Source: Octopus vulgaris (taxonomy: Eukaryota). Taken from it: a stretch of DNA of 124,000 bases. The stretch spans positions 39,948,001-40,072,000 of the forward strand of contig OX597834.1 in NCBI GenBank assembly GCA_951406725.2, given 5' to 3'. How positions within the stretch are numbered: the first letter of the stretch is position 1; each line of letters starts with the position of its first letter. Under the pieces are notes generated by a model. The model searched no databases. It was given only the letters and a program-made list of their open reading frames with translations, and was not told the origin of the DNA. The position numbers and the translations under genes were made by a program. Shown here piece after piece: positions 104,886 through 120,049 of the stretch.

Positions 104886-106849
104886 ACATTTTCAGTGGTC
104901 TAAGGACCTTGTAATGAGCATATATGTTTGTGTGTCTGTGTTTGTCTCCCCAACATTGCTTAACAACTGATGCTGGTGTGTTTACGTCACCGTAACTTAG
105001 CAGTCTGGCAAAAAAACCTAATACAATAAGTACTAGGCTTACAAAGAATAAGTCCTGGGGTCAGTTTGCTCGACTAAAGGCGGTGCTCCAGCATGGCCAC
105101 AGGCAAATGACCGAAACAAGTAAAAGAGTAAAATAGTAAAAGAGATACAGACACACACACACACGTTTGTGTGTATATACACATACATATGTGTATACAT
105201 ATATATATTATGCATATATATATGTATGTGTGTGTGTATGTATTTATATATCTCCCAGAATCTGCCTGGCTTTAAAACGTTTACAGCTGACCAAAGCACT
105301 GGCAGTAAATGGGAAGAATCTGCTATCAGAATGTTTTACAGATTGCAGTGTCTCTTGGCAGAGGTACAGTAACGGTACAGAGTCGGAACAGACTAGAAGC
105401 AGCTACATATGAATATAGATTTATGATTATATTGACCGATACATCTATAATCTCTCAGATTAAATAATTGACAGCAATAAACAGGAATAATTTCCAGGGG
105501 ATTCCATACTAAATCATTCTTTCACAGTTTCAATATTATTGATTCTGTTTTATTCACCAAGGAATTTTATAAAGTAGGAGAATGAGCTTGAGTGACCTTC
105601 ATGGCTTTTACTAGGGTATTACTTGCTAATATGGTGTGAGTAGGGTCAGATGTGGAGTTAATTAACTGACCAGAGGTATGTGTCATTGACTGTTGAGTTA
105701 GAGTTGATTTCAGATGGGGCCTACACAACGAAATGAGCTCAGTGCTAAAAGCCAACAAAGCATTCATGAACAAATGACTGAAAGAGTCTGTATGCAATTA
105801 TTTGACTGGCTAGATATAATAGCTAAATTTCCCTCAAATCACATCCTTTCATCTTAAAAGAAAATAAAAAAAGATTAAGCAGAGCAGTCTGAATAAAAGA
105901 CGGAATGGTCATATCTGGCATGCACTTAAATCTACTTGACAACAATGGCGTCATCATTACTTATAACAACAGCAACAGCAGTAACAACCTCTTTGCTAGA
106001 AATAACAGCTAAACTTTACTCGCATCATAGCCTATCATCTGAAAATTAGAAGAACACACTGATTAAAGTAGTCCTAGATAGACTATGTGTAAATGATATT
106101 AGAGATGGTCTTAGCTGTTATGACACCGATCAGAATTCAGCTAGATCAGGGCTGGCCAGGGGTTAAGAAAACAACACTCCTCAATTTAACAGTGCTGCTG
106201 AATGTACAAAACCGTGAACCATGTGACCAGTTGGCACTGAGAAGGGTCAAATATCTAAACATGGACACATATAGGTGTGGTTGTGTGGTAAGAAGTTTAC
106301 TTCCCAACCACATGGTTCTAGGTTCAGTCCTACTTTGAGACACCTTGGGCTATAGTCTCAGGCCAACCAAAGCCTTGTGAATGGATTTGGTAGATGGAAA
106401 CTGAAAGAAGTCTGTCATACATATATACAGACTTATACGTACAGACATGACGGACTGTTCCGTCAAAGACAATGTATGACGGTTCAGCTTTTGCTGAATG
106501 ACCTCCACAACTGATTTGTTTATAAGGATCAGATTCTCATGCCACACCTTAGCTCACTCCCTCCATTAAATCAACGTTACCTGGACAGGTGCACAGTGTA
106601 CCATGCATCAGGGGTCGAAGGGATCACAGAGCAACACAAGATGAAGTGTTTTGCTCAAGAACACAACACAATAACCCAGTCTCGGAATTGATCTCACGAT
106701 CTAGCAATTGTGAGTGCAACACCCTAACCACTAGGCCATGTACACTCAATTATATATACTAACACACGCGTATGTGAATATATACATATATATATATATA
106801 TATATTTTTATAATTTATTTATATGCGTATGTGAATATATATATGTATG

Positions 106850-106897
<48 letters not shown>

Positions 106898-106960
106898 GTA
106901 TATGTATGTATGTATATATTATATATATAAATGTATGTATAATATATATATGTATATGTA

Positions 106961-107047
<87 letters not shown>

Positions 107048-107623
107048 TATAGATATATACTATTTACATATATTTATATGTATGTGAGAGAGAGTGTGTG
107101 TGTGTGTCCCCTTGTCTGGACATCATGTGATTGTTGTAAATGATTGTCCCTGTCATACAAGCAGTGTCGGTCATTTCCAATCTTCCATTGAAACATGCTG
107201 ATGGTCAGCGAAAAAATAGTACCTCTGGCTGTAGAAAACCTGCCACAATTAAAACTCCATACAACCCAAACAAGCATAGAAAAGTGAACAGTAAAATGAT
107301 GATGATGATGATGATGCTCCTAGCAGGTGAAAGTTATAAAGAGTGAACTATTTCAAGGGAGATAACTGTGCTGACCCAAAAATTCATTCCAAATACAATT
107401 TCTCAAATAAACTTTGCTGAAAATATTTACATAATGTTCAATAAAAATCTAACCTGGACAAGTCACAGCTGTTATTAACGAGCTTTTATTATTTATTATA
107501 TTGAACAGCAAACAAAACATTTCAGGTATGTTTGTCTGAGTACATATCTATATACGTGTGTGTGTGTGTGTGTATTTATAAACACACACACCTTTATACA
107601 TATACAGGACAAACAGTCATTCA

Positions 107624-107693
<70 letters not shown>

Positions 107694-108269
107694 TATAGGT
107701 TTGGCAATAAACGGAGGGAAATGGAGTTTAAAATATTAATATATATGACTTTCGTGTTTTCTTACTTCAGTTATTATATTAGACTGTGGCCATGCTGGAG
107801 CACCGCTTTCAAAGATGTTCTAAGTCAAATGAATCAATCGAACCCTGTCTTTGTTGTTTTGAGGGTGTAAACAAACCAACACTGGTTGTTAGGGGGGGGG
107901 GACAGACACAAAGACACACACACATATAAATATATGACAGGCTTCTTTCAGTTTCTGTCCACCAAATCCTCTCACAAAGCTTTGGTCATTCCCAATGCTA
108001 CTGTAAAAGACACTTACCCAAGGTGCAACACAGCAGGATTGAACCCAGAACCATGTGGTTGGTAAGCAAGCTTCTTGATACACTGGCAGATGTTACAAAG
108101 TGATTCAAATGCTGTGAGCTTTGGTGCATTGGCACTTATCAAGCCTGATAAATAATTTCAGCAGAATAACTTACACCCACGCACCCACACACATTTATAA
108201 AGGTGTGTGTGTGTGTGTGCATGCATATGTGTATATAAATATGTGTGTGTGTGTATATATATATATGTG

Positions 108270-109121
108270 TGTGCAAGAGAGATAACTGCACTGGTATGGT
108301 CATGTGGTGAGAACGGATGAAGATAGCATTGTGCAAAAGTGCCACACCCTAGCAATTAAGGAAACCTGTAGAAGAGGTAGACCCAGGAAGACCTGGGATG
108401 AAGTGGTGAAGCATGGCCTTCGAACATTAGGCCTCACCGAGGCAATGACTAGTGACCGATGCCTTTGGAAATATGCTGTGCTTGAGAACACCCGGCAAGC
108501 CAAATGAGACCATAACCCGTGGCCTATGCCAGGGGTGTAACCAGCCCACTTATGCATACCTTTCCTTCCTTGGACACTAAACTCTGCTTGCGAAGACCTG
108601 TTGAGGCAAGTAAAATCAAAATCAAATTCGATGACTGGCATCCGTGCTAGTGGAGCACTAAGAACACCATCTGAGCATAATCGTTGTCAGAGCAGCTAAC
108701 TGGCTTCCATGCCGATGGCACATAAAAAGCACCAGCGTTGCCTCACTGGCACGTGAACAAAACATTCAAGCAAGGTGGTTGCCAGTGCCGCTGGACTGGC
108801 TCCCGTGCAGGTGGCACATAAAAAACACCATTTCAGCGTGGCCGTTGCCAGTGCCGCTGGACTGGCTCCCGTGCAGGTGGCACATAAAAAACACCATTTC
108901 AGTGTGGCCGTTGCCAGTACCGCTTGACTGGCCCTCGTGCTGGTGGCATGTAAAAGCACCCACTACACTCTCGGAGTGGTTGGTGTTAGGAAAAGCATCA
109001 AGCTGTAGAAAATCTGCCAGATCAGACTGGAGCCTGGTGCAGCCATCTGGTTCACCAGTCCTCAGTCAAATCGTTCAACCGATGCTAGCATGGAAAGCAG
109101 AGGTTAAATGATGATGATGAT
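108270..109121 (+). mobile_element. RTE LINE 3' portion: ORF C-terminus plus complete 3'UTR
   Basis: WYGHVVRTDEDSIVQKCHTLAIKETCRRGRPRKTWDEVVKHGLRTLGLTEAMTSDRCLWKYAV...*, then 66-bp tandem repeats and the abundant tail ending in (GAT)n. Confidence 0.9.
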
Positions 109122-109587
109122 GTATGTATATATATGTGTATGTATGCTCACATGGGTGCTTGTAAATGCATATATTACTACGTATATGCATCTACATGCA
109201 CAGGCATGTGTGTGTTCTATTATTTCTTCTCTAGTTCAAACCAATGGACCGCGACCATACTGAAGCACTACACAGCAGCACAAATAACTAACACATTTAC
109301 TATGACATATATGTACGTGTAGACACATGCGTGTGTGTGTGTGTGTGTGTGTGTACACACATGAGTATGTGTTTGTATATGCGTGAGTGTCGGTGTACTT
109401 TTATTGTTTCACTGGTTCCAATCACTGAACCACGGTCATGCTGGAGCAACCCTTTCAAAGATTTTTAGCCAATAAATTTGCTACTAGAATATATTGTAGT
109501 CTGATGCTTATTGTATTGATCTTCGCTTATTGAACTATGAAGTTGTGTGACATGAAGGAACAAAAGAGAAATAACGAAATAAATGTA

Positions 109588-109633
<46 letters not shown>

Positions 109634-109747
109634 AATAAAAGCACACATACATGTTTGTGTGTATGTGATTGTGTGTATATATATATATATATATATATTT
109701 CTACATACATGTAAGTATACATATGTGTGTGTTGTGTGTATATATGC

Positions 109748-110366
109748 AGGTGCAGGAGTGGCTGTGTGGTAAGTAGCTTGCTTACCAACCACATTGTTCC
109801 AGGTTCAGTCCCACTGTGTGGTACCTTGGGCAAGTGTCTTCTGCTATAGCCTTGGGCCGACCAAAGCCTTGTGAGTGGATTTGGTAGATGGAAACTGAAA
109901 GAAGGTCATCGTATGTATGTATATGTGTGTGTGTGTGTGTGTGTATGTTTGTCATTTGTCTGTGTTTATCTCCCCAACCTATGTTGGCGTGTTTATGTCC
110001 CCGTCACCTAGCAGTTCGGCAAAAAGAGACTGATAGAATAAGTACTAGGCACACAATGAATAAGTCCTGGGGTCAACTTATTCAACTAAAGGTGGTGCTC
110101 CAGCATAGCCACAGTCAAACGATTGAAACAAGCAAAAGAGTATATATATATATATATATATATATTTATTTCTGTTCCTTTTCTTGTTTTGACTGCGGCC
110201 ATGCTGGAGCACAGCTTTTAGTTGAGCAAATTGACCCCAGGACTTTGTAAGCCTAGTACTTATTCTATCGGTCTCTTTTCACCAAACTGCTAAGTGACAG
110301 GGACATAAACACACCAACATTGGTTGTGATACGATGGTGGGGAGACAAACACAGACACACAAATAT

Positions 110367-110401
<35 letters not shown>

Positions 110402-110563
110402 CGACGGGCTTCTTTCAGTTTCCATCTGCCAAATCCACTCACATGGCTTTGGTCAGCCCAAGGCTATAGTAGAAGACCCTTGCCCAACGTGCCACACAGT
110501 GACACTGAACCCAGTACCATGTGGTTAGTAAGCAAGCTACTAACCGCACAGCCACTCCTGCAC
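109748..110563. mobile_element. Tail-to-tail inverted pair of full-length family A SINEs
   Basis: Plus copy 109748-110139, ~30-bp (TA)n spacer, minus copy 110170-110563. Confidence 0.88.
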
Positions 110564-110579
110564 CTATATATATATATAT

Positions 110580-111021
<442 letters not shown>

Positions 111022-111623
111022 GCTGTGTATGTGTATGAAAGTTAATGGCTGAGGAAAAAAGAGATAAGTGGAGTAAAAGTAACTATTATACTGAAGAGAA
111101 ACAGCTGTATTTTGATATAAACAGTAGGAGAGTGTGTGTACGTGTAATACATGTGTGTATGTGGGTGTGTGTGCATGTACACACACACGTGTGCGAGTGT
111201 TATTTAGTAGAAGAGTGAATTTCATTAACCAGACACTGTGATAGGAATGATACTCCATGCTTTGTATTGTATGTACACACACACACACACGTGTGTGTAT
111301 GTGTGCATATATATGTGTCTGTATGTATGTGCATATATACATACATACGTATGTATGCATCCATATATATGTATGTGCATATATGTATGAATTTATTATG
111401 TATGTATAGTTGGGTACCTGGGTGAGAGGGTGCATACGTGTATCAAATAGTATACATGTGTGGATGCGTGTGTGTATATATATATTCTTCTATTGGTTTC
111501 AGCTAGAGGTTGTGGTCATGCTGTGGCACAACACTTTAAAAAAATCCTGAAGGTTCCGCTTACAACATCTGGATATGTGAATGGACACCACGTGTATAGA
111601 AATATAAATACATACATACATAC

Positions 111624-111669
<46 letters not shown>

Positions 111670-111959
111670 TTATATATATATACTGTGAAAATTACAAGGG
111701 TTGAAAATTTGAAAGAATTTCATACCAGTGGTTAGCATGTGGCTTGGGTTTGGCTGCCCTCTCTAGTATGTAAGGCATCCTGTCAAGGGTCTTTTCTTTT
111801 GTGTATAAATAATATACACATTATATGGAAGTGTGTGTGTGTGTATGTGTGTATATATATATACATGAAAATATGATACTAAAACCAATAAATTTTCTAA
111901 AAAATACAGCTCTAGACAAATACGAAAGTTCAGACAGCAACACTGCTGTAACAACCCCA

Positions 111960-112158
111960 ATCCTTTCTAATTCAGGCAGAGGAAAGGGGCCAGCTGATTA
112001 CATTCACCCCACTAGTTAACTGGTACTTCATCTTATCAACCCAAAAGGATGAAATGCATGACTGACTTGAACTGAATTTGAACACAAAACATTAAAACAG
112101 ACGAAATACTGCTAAACCATTTTGTCCGATATGCTAACAATTCTGCCAGCTCACCGCC

Positions 112159-112198
<40 letters not shown>

Positions 112199-112426
112199 TA
112201 ATAATAATAATGATAATCCTTTCTACTCTAGGCACAAAGCCTGAAATATTGGGGGAGGGTTGAGTTGATTGCATTGACTCCAGTACAGAACTTGTACATA
112301 ATTTATCGACCCCGAAAGGATGAAAGGTAAAGTTGACTCCGGCACAGTTTGAACTCAGAACATAAAACAGATGAAATACCGCTAAGCATTTTGTCCAGCG
112401 TGCTAATGATTCTGCCAGCTCAACAC

Positions 112427-112464
<38 letters not shown>

Positions 112465-112570
112465 GCCTTTCTACTAAAGGCACAAGACCTGAAACTGATG
112501 GGGGTTGGGGACTAGTCAATTACATTGACCCCAGTGCATAACTGGTACTCATTTCATTGACCCTGAAAGG

Positions 112571-112601
<31 letters not shown>

Positions 112602-112990
112602 TAAAACCTGAAATTGGGAGGGGTGAGGGACAAGTCAATTACATCAACCCCAGTGTTTCACTGGTACTTAATTTATCAACCCCGAAAGGATGAAAGGAAA
112701 AGTCGACCTTGGTGGAATTTGAACTCGGAACGTAAAGACGGATGAAAAACAGCCAAGGATTTTGCCTGGCATGCTAACTATTCTGTTAGCTCACCACCCT
112801 AATAATAATAATCCTTTCTACTAAAGGCACAAGGCCTGAAATTTATTGGGTGGGGACTATTCGGTTATATCGACCCCAGTGTTTCACTCATACTCAATTT
112901 AGCGACCCCAAGAGGAAAAAAGGTGCAGTTGATCTTGATAGTATTTGAACTCAGGACGTAAGGACAGGTAAAATGTTGCTATGCATTTTT
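111960..112990 (-). mobile_element. Array of 4-5 family B (second 3' variant) SINEs separated by (AAT)n/(TA)n
   Basis: Repeated ccttctact..aggcacaa..cctgaaat..cccagtg..ggtactt..aaaggatgaaagg. Confidence 0.8.
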
Positions 112991-113355
112991 GTCTGGTGTG
113001 TTACTGATTCCGCCAGCTCGCTTCCTGGCTATAGCAACAGGAATAGCAACAACAACAACAACAACGATGCTAAACAGGGTGCTGCTAATACCAACGAGAC
113101 CTTTATCATGGACCACACTTCAATTCTACCCAGAATAATGAATAACAATATCGTAACAATAAAAACAAACATAACATAATCCCAGTAACACCTTTATAAC
113201 AACAACAGTATCGTAACAATAACAACATCTTAACAACAGTATAACTCCACCTTCCTCGACAACAACAACAACAACAACACCATGATCGCAATAACATCAG
113301 TCATACAACAATAACAACAACAGCAACAACAATCTCTAGCAATAATGAGACTTAC

Positions 113356-113422
113356 CGAAAATTCCTTTTAGTAACTTTTGTATAATGAACATTTTGGTGG
113401 TGGTGGTCGTGGCTGCCACCAT
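113356..113422 (-). CDS. RASAL2/DAB2IP/SYNGAP1 (raskol): Candidate alternative first coding exon (MVAATTTTTKMFIIQKLLKGIF + G; second ATG at 113392)
   Basis: Consensus TCG|GTAAGT donor in phase 1, compatible with the 49174 acceptor; in-frame stop just upstream of the first ATG. Confidence 0.55.
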
Positions 113423-113624
113423 ATCTTAAGGATCCAAGATGTACTGGATGTCAGACACATTTCACAGAGAACTGGGGTGGATGAGGAGCGAGGGAGGGGT
113501 AGACGGGGGGGGGGGAGAAGGTAGACGGGGTAGATGTAGTGGTGGTGGTGGTGGTAGTGCGTCAGCTGAATGGAACAGACTGTGTGGCAGGCAGATACGG
113601 TAGAACAATGATTAAATATGTGTG

Positions 113625-113665
<41 letters not shown>

Positions 113666-114206
113666 ATATATATATGTATATGGGAGTGTATATGTATATA
113701 TATATGTGTGTGTGTGTGTATGGATAAATGGATGTATTTACGTGCGTGTAGATATGTGTATATGCATATGTGTGTGTGTGTATGGATGTATGTATATGTA
113801 TATATGTGTATATGTGGGTGTGTGTATGAATGTATGTATGCACGTGTGTGTGTAGAGAGAGAGAGAGGGAGAGAGAGACAGACAGACAGAGAGAGTAAGA
113901 AGGGAGTAGTAGAGGTGCAGAAACAAAAATAGGGAGAAGTTTAATGAGAAAGAAAAGAGAAAGAAAGGAAGGGATAAAAAGAAAGAAAGAAAGAAAGGGG
114001 TAGAAAGAATGAGAGAAAGTGAAAGTATGATAGATATAGGAAGGTGTAAAAGAATCAGAAGAGAATGCAGAGGAGAGGGTGGAGGAGAAAGTTGCATTGA
114101 TATGAGAGAGAGTGAGAGAGATAGAGAGAGAGAAAGAGGGAGAGCGAGAAAGAAAGAGAGACAGACAGACAGACTGGCAGATAGACAGACAGACAGACAG
114201 AGAGAC

Positions 114207-114237
<31 letters not shown>

Positions 114238-114601
114238 AGCAGTAGTGAAGATTAGTAGAGAAGGAGAAGTGATGTGTTTAGTAGTGTGTGTATAATAAGT
114301 AGTCAGTTTGTATGTAGTAGTTGAATGGTTAGCTGATGGTATCCAGAAATGACTAATAGATACTGATGTGGTGGTGGTGGTTGTGGTGGTGGTGGCGGTG
114401 GTGGTGCTTGTGGAGGTGGTTCAACTGAATGAGCAGACTACAGAAGACAAAGAGAAATAGCTCATACGCATTCACTCAACACATGTGTGTTTGTATACAC
114501 ACACACACACACATATATATATACATACATACAACATACATACAAGTACACAAATAAATGCACATTATATATATATATATATATACATACACATATATAT
114601 A

Positions 114602-114632
<31 letters not shown>

Positions 114633-114737
114633 AACATACACATACATACATATATAAAATGCAAGGTGCAAGCAGAGTTGTGTGGTTAAGAATTTAGCAT
114701 AGCAGCCCTGTGTTCTTAGGTTCCGTCCCTCTGCACA

Positions 114738-114798
<61 letters not shown>

Positions 114799-115034
114799 CA
114801 ATTAAAGCTTTGGGCCACCCAAAGCCATCTCAGCGGATTTAGTAGACAGAAACCAAAAGACCCCAATTGCACATGTGTGTCTGGGAGTGTATGTGTGTGT
114901 GTGTGTATGTGTATGTGTGTGTGTATACGTATGAGTGTGTGTGTGTGTGTGTATGTATACGTATGTGTGTGTGTATGTCAGGTCACATATGACATCTCTC
115001 ATGGATGTTACTGGTAACATGGAATCTAGTACAA

Positions 115035-115800
115035 CCTGTTGCATGGTCGGGTCATCAGTGACTAAACCAGCAACTCCACCATGCTTGCCTGGTTTGCAGG
115101 TTTGCTAGAAAGCCAGCGAGACTAACAGCAAGATCTGTCAAAAGGACATGATCCAGAGACAAGCCAGAAACAAAATATCTAGTGCCAATATGGGTCACAA
115201 GCTCAAGAATGCTTAAGATCCTCCGAGCGCTATAAATACGAAGGGCTTTGAGCCCTCTCCAAACATCCCGAGTGTTTGCTTTCCTTTTAGTTACACTCAA
115301 GCTGATTCTCATCACTAGCATGTCATCCCCGAATGCATGGGGTCACATCTTCCTTGCTCTTCCCCCTTGGTCCTTTTCCTCCTTTTTGTGTCCATCACAA
115401 TGGCAGTATGTCTCTCCTGTGATAATCGAAGCACATGGCCAGTAAACCAAGTCCTGCAAATTTCCTATGCCAGCTCTTCTAATGACCTCTTCATTTCTCA
115501 CTCTGTCCTGGAAAGAAATGTCCAGTATTAAACAAAACAGTGTCACTGGAACATGTCCAGCAACTGAGAGATCTCCACCATCATCTTCCACATTTCAATT
115601 CTATGGATGGCTGTTGGTACAACAATGAGGTACAGCTATAGTTTTATCTTCTTACGGATGGTCTTTGATCTCCATATTCGACAAAGGCATTAGAATTCTG
115701 GTGTTGCTTTACCTATCCTGGTCCTGATGTCAACTTCTGTATTACCTTCATAGGAAACCCAGCTTCCAAAGATGTGTAAAGTGTATCTAGGACTACATAA
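115035..115800 (-). pseudogene. Degenerate RTE LINE C-terminal region
   Basis: LDISFQDRVRNEEVIRRAG matches the RTE ISWxDRVxNEEVLRRAG motif. Confidence 0.7.
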
Positions 115801-116095
115801 GTTTTGGGGGACATAATGTTCTTTGATACAAGATCAGTTCTGATATAATAGACCTGGAATCAAAGATGTTCCAGCCATGACCTTCCCCTCTTATATATAG
115901 ACAAAGTGTGGTTAGAATGTCGGGGTCAGAATCATGAGATAGTGAGTTCAATTCTGGGACTGGACTGTGTGTTGTGTTCTTGAGCAAGACAAGTACTAGG
116001 CTTACAAAGTATAAGTCCTGGGGTTGATTTGCTCGACTAAAGGCGGTGCTCCAGCATGGCCACAGTCAAATGACTGAAACAAGTAAGCGAGTAAA

Positions 116096-116126
<31 letters not shown>

Positions 116127-117039
116127 AAGAGTGCGAGCAAGAGAAAGATAGATATTGATGGACTATCTCCATCAAGAGAGATGGATGGATGGATAGATAC
116201 ATAGATAGATAGACAAACAGACAGACAGACAGATAGATAGATAGATAGATAGACAGATAGATAGACAGATAGATAGACAGATAGATAGACAGATAGAGAC
116301 AGATGGGTGGGAGGAAGGGATGGAAAGATAATTGAATGAAATTATGAGTTGTGAAAAAGAGAGGGCCAAGGAGAGAGAGATGAGGGGGGAAAAGGAGAGA
116401 GAGAAGAGAGGGAGAGAGAGAAAAGAGGGAGAGAAAGATGGGAAATGAATGAAACTGAGTGAATGGAAGATGAGAGATGTTGTAGAGCAGTTGTTATGAA
116501 TGGGATGTAGCGGGGAGGAGAGAATTGTGAATGGGGGTGGTGCAGTGGGAGGAGATAATTGTGAATGGGGGTGTGGTGGGAGGCGGGAATTGTGAATGGG
116601 GGTGTAGGGGGGAGGAGATAATTGTGAATGGGGGTGTAGGGGGAGGTGGGAATTGTGAATGGCAACACAATAATGTGATGCAAGCCCAATGGCAGGGGCA
116701 TGTTAGCAACAGCAACAACAAGAACAACAACATCACATCCACCACCACCACCACCAACAAGAACAACAACATTTGATTATATAAAATATTTATTAACAGA
116801 TATTATAGCAATCTTTATTCCATTCTCTTTATTGAATAAAAACACACAAGCACACATACACATACATACATACATACATACATACATACATACATACAGA
116901 CAGACATACATACATATATACACATATATACACACGCGTATCAGCCAACAAGTCTTCATAAATAACTGATCTCTTCACACAAATTGACTTTGCAATCAAA
117001 CAGCCAGCAGTGTAATGTTTGAATGTCTGTGCATGTGCG

Positions 117040-117330
117040 TACATGTGTTAATGCATGTGTGTGTGTGTGTGTGTGTGTGCATTAATGAGCATGTATGAAT
117101 GTGTGTATGTATAAATGTGTGTGTGTGTGTGTGTGTGCATTAATGAGAGTGTATGAATGTGTGTATGTATAAATGTGTGTGTGTGTGTGTGTGTGCATTA
117201 ATGAGAGTGTATGAATGTGTGTATGTATAAATGTGTGTGTGTGTGCATTAATGAGAGTGTATGAATGTGTGTATGTATAAATGTGTGTGTGTGTGTGCAT
117301 TAATGAGAGTGTGTGAATGTGTATGTTTAA

Positions 117331-117366
<36 letters not shown>

Positions 117367-118235
117367 ATTAATGAGCATGTATGAATGTGTGCATGTATAA
117401 TGTGTGTGTGTGTGTGTGCATTAATGAGCATGTGTGAACGTGTGTATGTATAAATGTGTGTGTATGTGTGTGCATTAATGAGCATGTGTGAATGTGTGTA
117501 TGTATAAATGTGTGTGTGTGTGTGTGTGTGTGTGCATTAATGAGCATGTGTGAACGTGTGTATGTATAAATGTGTGTGTATGTGTGTGCATTAATGAGCA
117601 TGTGTGAACGTGTGTATGTATAAATGTGTGTGTATGTGTGTGCATTAATGAGCATGTGTGAATGTGTGTATGTATAAATGTGTGTGTGTGTGTGTGTGTG
117701 TGCATTAATGAGCATGTATGAATGTGTGTATGTATAAATGTGTGTGTGTGTGTGTGCATTAATGAGCATGTGTGAATGTGTGTATGTATAAATGTGTGTG
117801 TGTGTGTGTGCATTAATGAGTTTGTATGAATGTGTGTATGTATAAATGTGTGTGTGTGTGTGCATTAATGAGTTTGTATGAATGTGTGTATGTATAAATG
117901 TGTGTGTGTGTGTGCATTAATGAGCATGTGTGAATGTGTGTATGTATAATGTGTGTGTGTGTGCATTAATGAGCATGTATGAATGTGTGTATGTATAAAT
118001 GTGTGTGTGTGTGTGTGCATTAATGAGCATGTGTGAATGTGTGTATGTATAAATGTGTGTGTGTGTGTGTGCATTAATGAGTTTGTATGAATGTGTGTAT
118101 GTATAAATGTGTGTGTGTGTGTGCATTAATGAGCATGTATGAATGTGTGCATGTATAATGTGTGTGTGTGTGTGTGCATTAATGAGCATGTGTGAATGTG
118201 TGTATGTATAAATGTGTGTGTGTGTGTGTATGTGT
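117040..118235 (+). repeat. Minisatellite of about 21 units: GCATTAATGAG..TGAATGTGTGTATGTATAAAT(GT)n
   Basis: Direct reading; unit length varies with the (GT)n tract. Confidence 0.93.
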
Positions 118236-118568
118236 ATGAACATCTAAAGCAGTGAAGAAGAAAAAAATGCTACATGATCAGTCCTACATTTGGGTAAAGT
118301 GATGATGATGGTGATGACAATGATGATGACGACAGCTGTGATGATAATAAAGATGATGATGGTGATGGTGATGATGACAATGATAGTGATGACGATGATC
118401 ACAATAACAATGAAGAGCAAGAGGAGGAGGAGGATCATGATGACAATGACAGCGATGATGGTGATGATGAAGCGAAGGATGAAGAACATAATGATGGTGA
118501 TGACACTGTTGATGGCAACAACAATGATGATGATGATGACGATGATGATAGTGATGACGATGATGACG

Positions 118569-118600
<32 letters not shown>

Positions 118601-118956
118601 AATGGGAGGTAAAACATGTTGAGCATGCAAAGGCAGTATATATAAATGGAATTGCTAACCCACCCCCAGTATGTCACGGGTACTTCACACTGGCACAAAG
118701 CCATATATACCTTACAGATGATTGGAACAACACTAGCACGTTACTGGTGCCGTCCTCTGGGGTGCCAGCTCCTGTCAAACCACCCAACCCATACCAGCAT
118801 GGACAAAGGACGTTAAATGATGATAATACACATGTGTGTGTGTGTATATATATATACACACACACACATATATAGATGTCTATACATATATATTATATAT
118901 ATACATACATATACATATATATATACATTATATAAATATATATATATACATGCATG

Positions 118957-118988
<32 letters not shown>

Positions 118989-119794
118989 TACATGCATGTA
119001 CATACATACATACATACATATATATATATACATGCATGTACAACATACATTACATACATATATATATATATATACATGCATGTACATACATATATATATA
119101 TATATATACATATACTGCATGTACATACATATATATACATGCATATACATATATACACATACATATATATAGATCCATATACATACATACACATACATAC
119201 ACTTATATATATATATACACAAACATACATACATACATATTTATATATATATATATACATATATACACAGAGAGAGAGAGAGAGTGGTTGTAGAGTAACA
119301 TGTCTGCTGCAATGGTTTCAATGGTTTAAAGGATCAGCAAGCAACATGCTCTCCGTTCTTTGCGAGATTAATTCACTGCAATCTGCGATATTGGTCAGTG
119401 GCTACAACTGGCAATGTATGGAACCAATTCTGTAAAAACAGCAGCCGACTAACTACTAGTCTTTTAGTCTTCTATTAGAATGCAAAAAACTACAATACAG
119501 AGCATCATGTGGGGTGGGGTGGGGTGGGGTGGGGCAGAGGGAGTATATTTTTCCAAGTTGATTATATCTATATAAGAGTGCAAGTGTTGCATATATATAT
119601 ATATTATATATACACACTCATGTATGCATATAGACACACACACAAACATTTTCATTCATAAATAATCGCCATACTCATTATCCAAAACGAATAAAGAAGC
119701 ATCCCCATGTGTACCATATATATATATATATATATACATACACACACATGCACACACACACATATATATACACACACACACATATATATATATA

Positions 119795-120020
119795 TTTCTT
119801 TATTGCCCACAAGGGGCTAAACATTGAGGGGACAAACAAGGACAGACAAATGGATTAAGTCGATTACATCGACCCCAGTGCACAACTGGTACTTAATTTA
119901 TCGACCCCGAAAGGATGAAAGGCAAAGTCGACCTTGGAGGAATTTGAACTCAGAACGTAGCGGCAGACGAAATACTGCTAAGCATTTTGCCCGGCGTTCT
120001 AACGATTCTGCCAGCTCGCC
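119795..120020 (-). mobile_element. Family B SINE
   Basis: Match to family B copies. Confidence 0.88.
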
Positions 120021-120049
120021 TATCCTTCCTTAATCTTGGTTCCCATATG

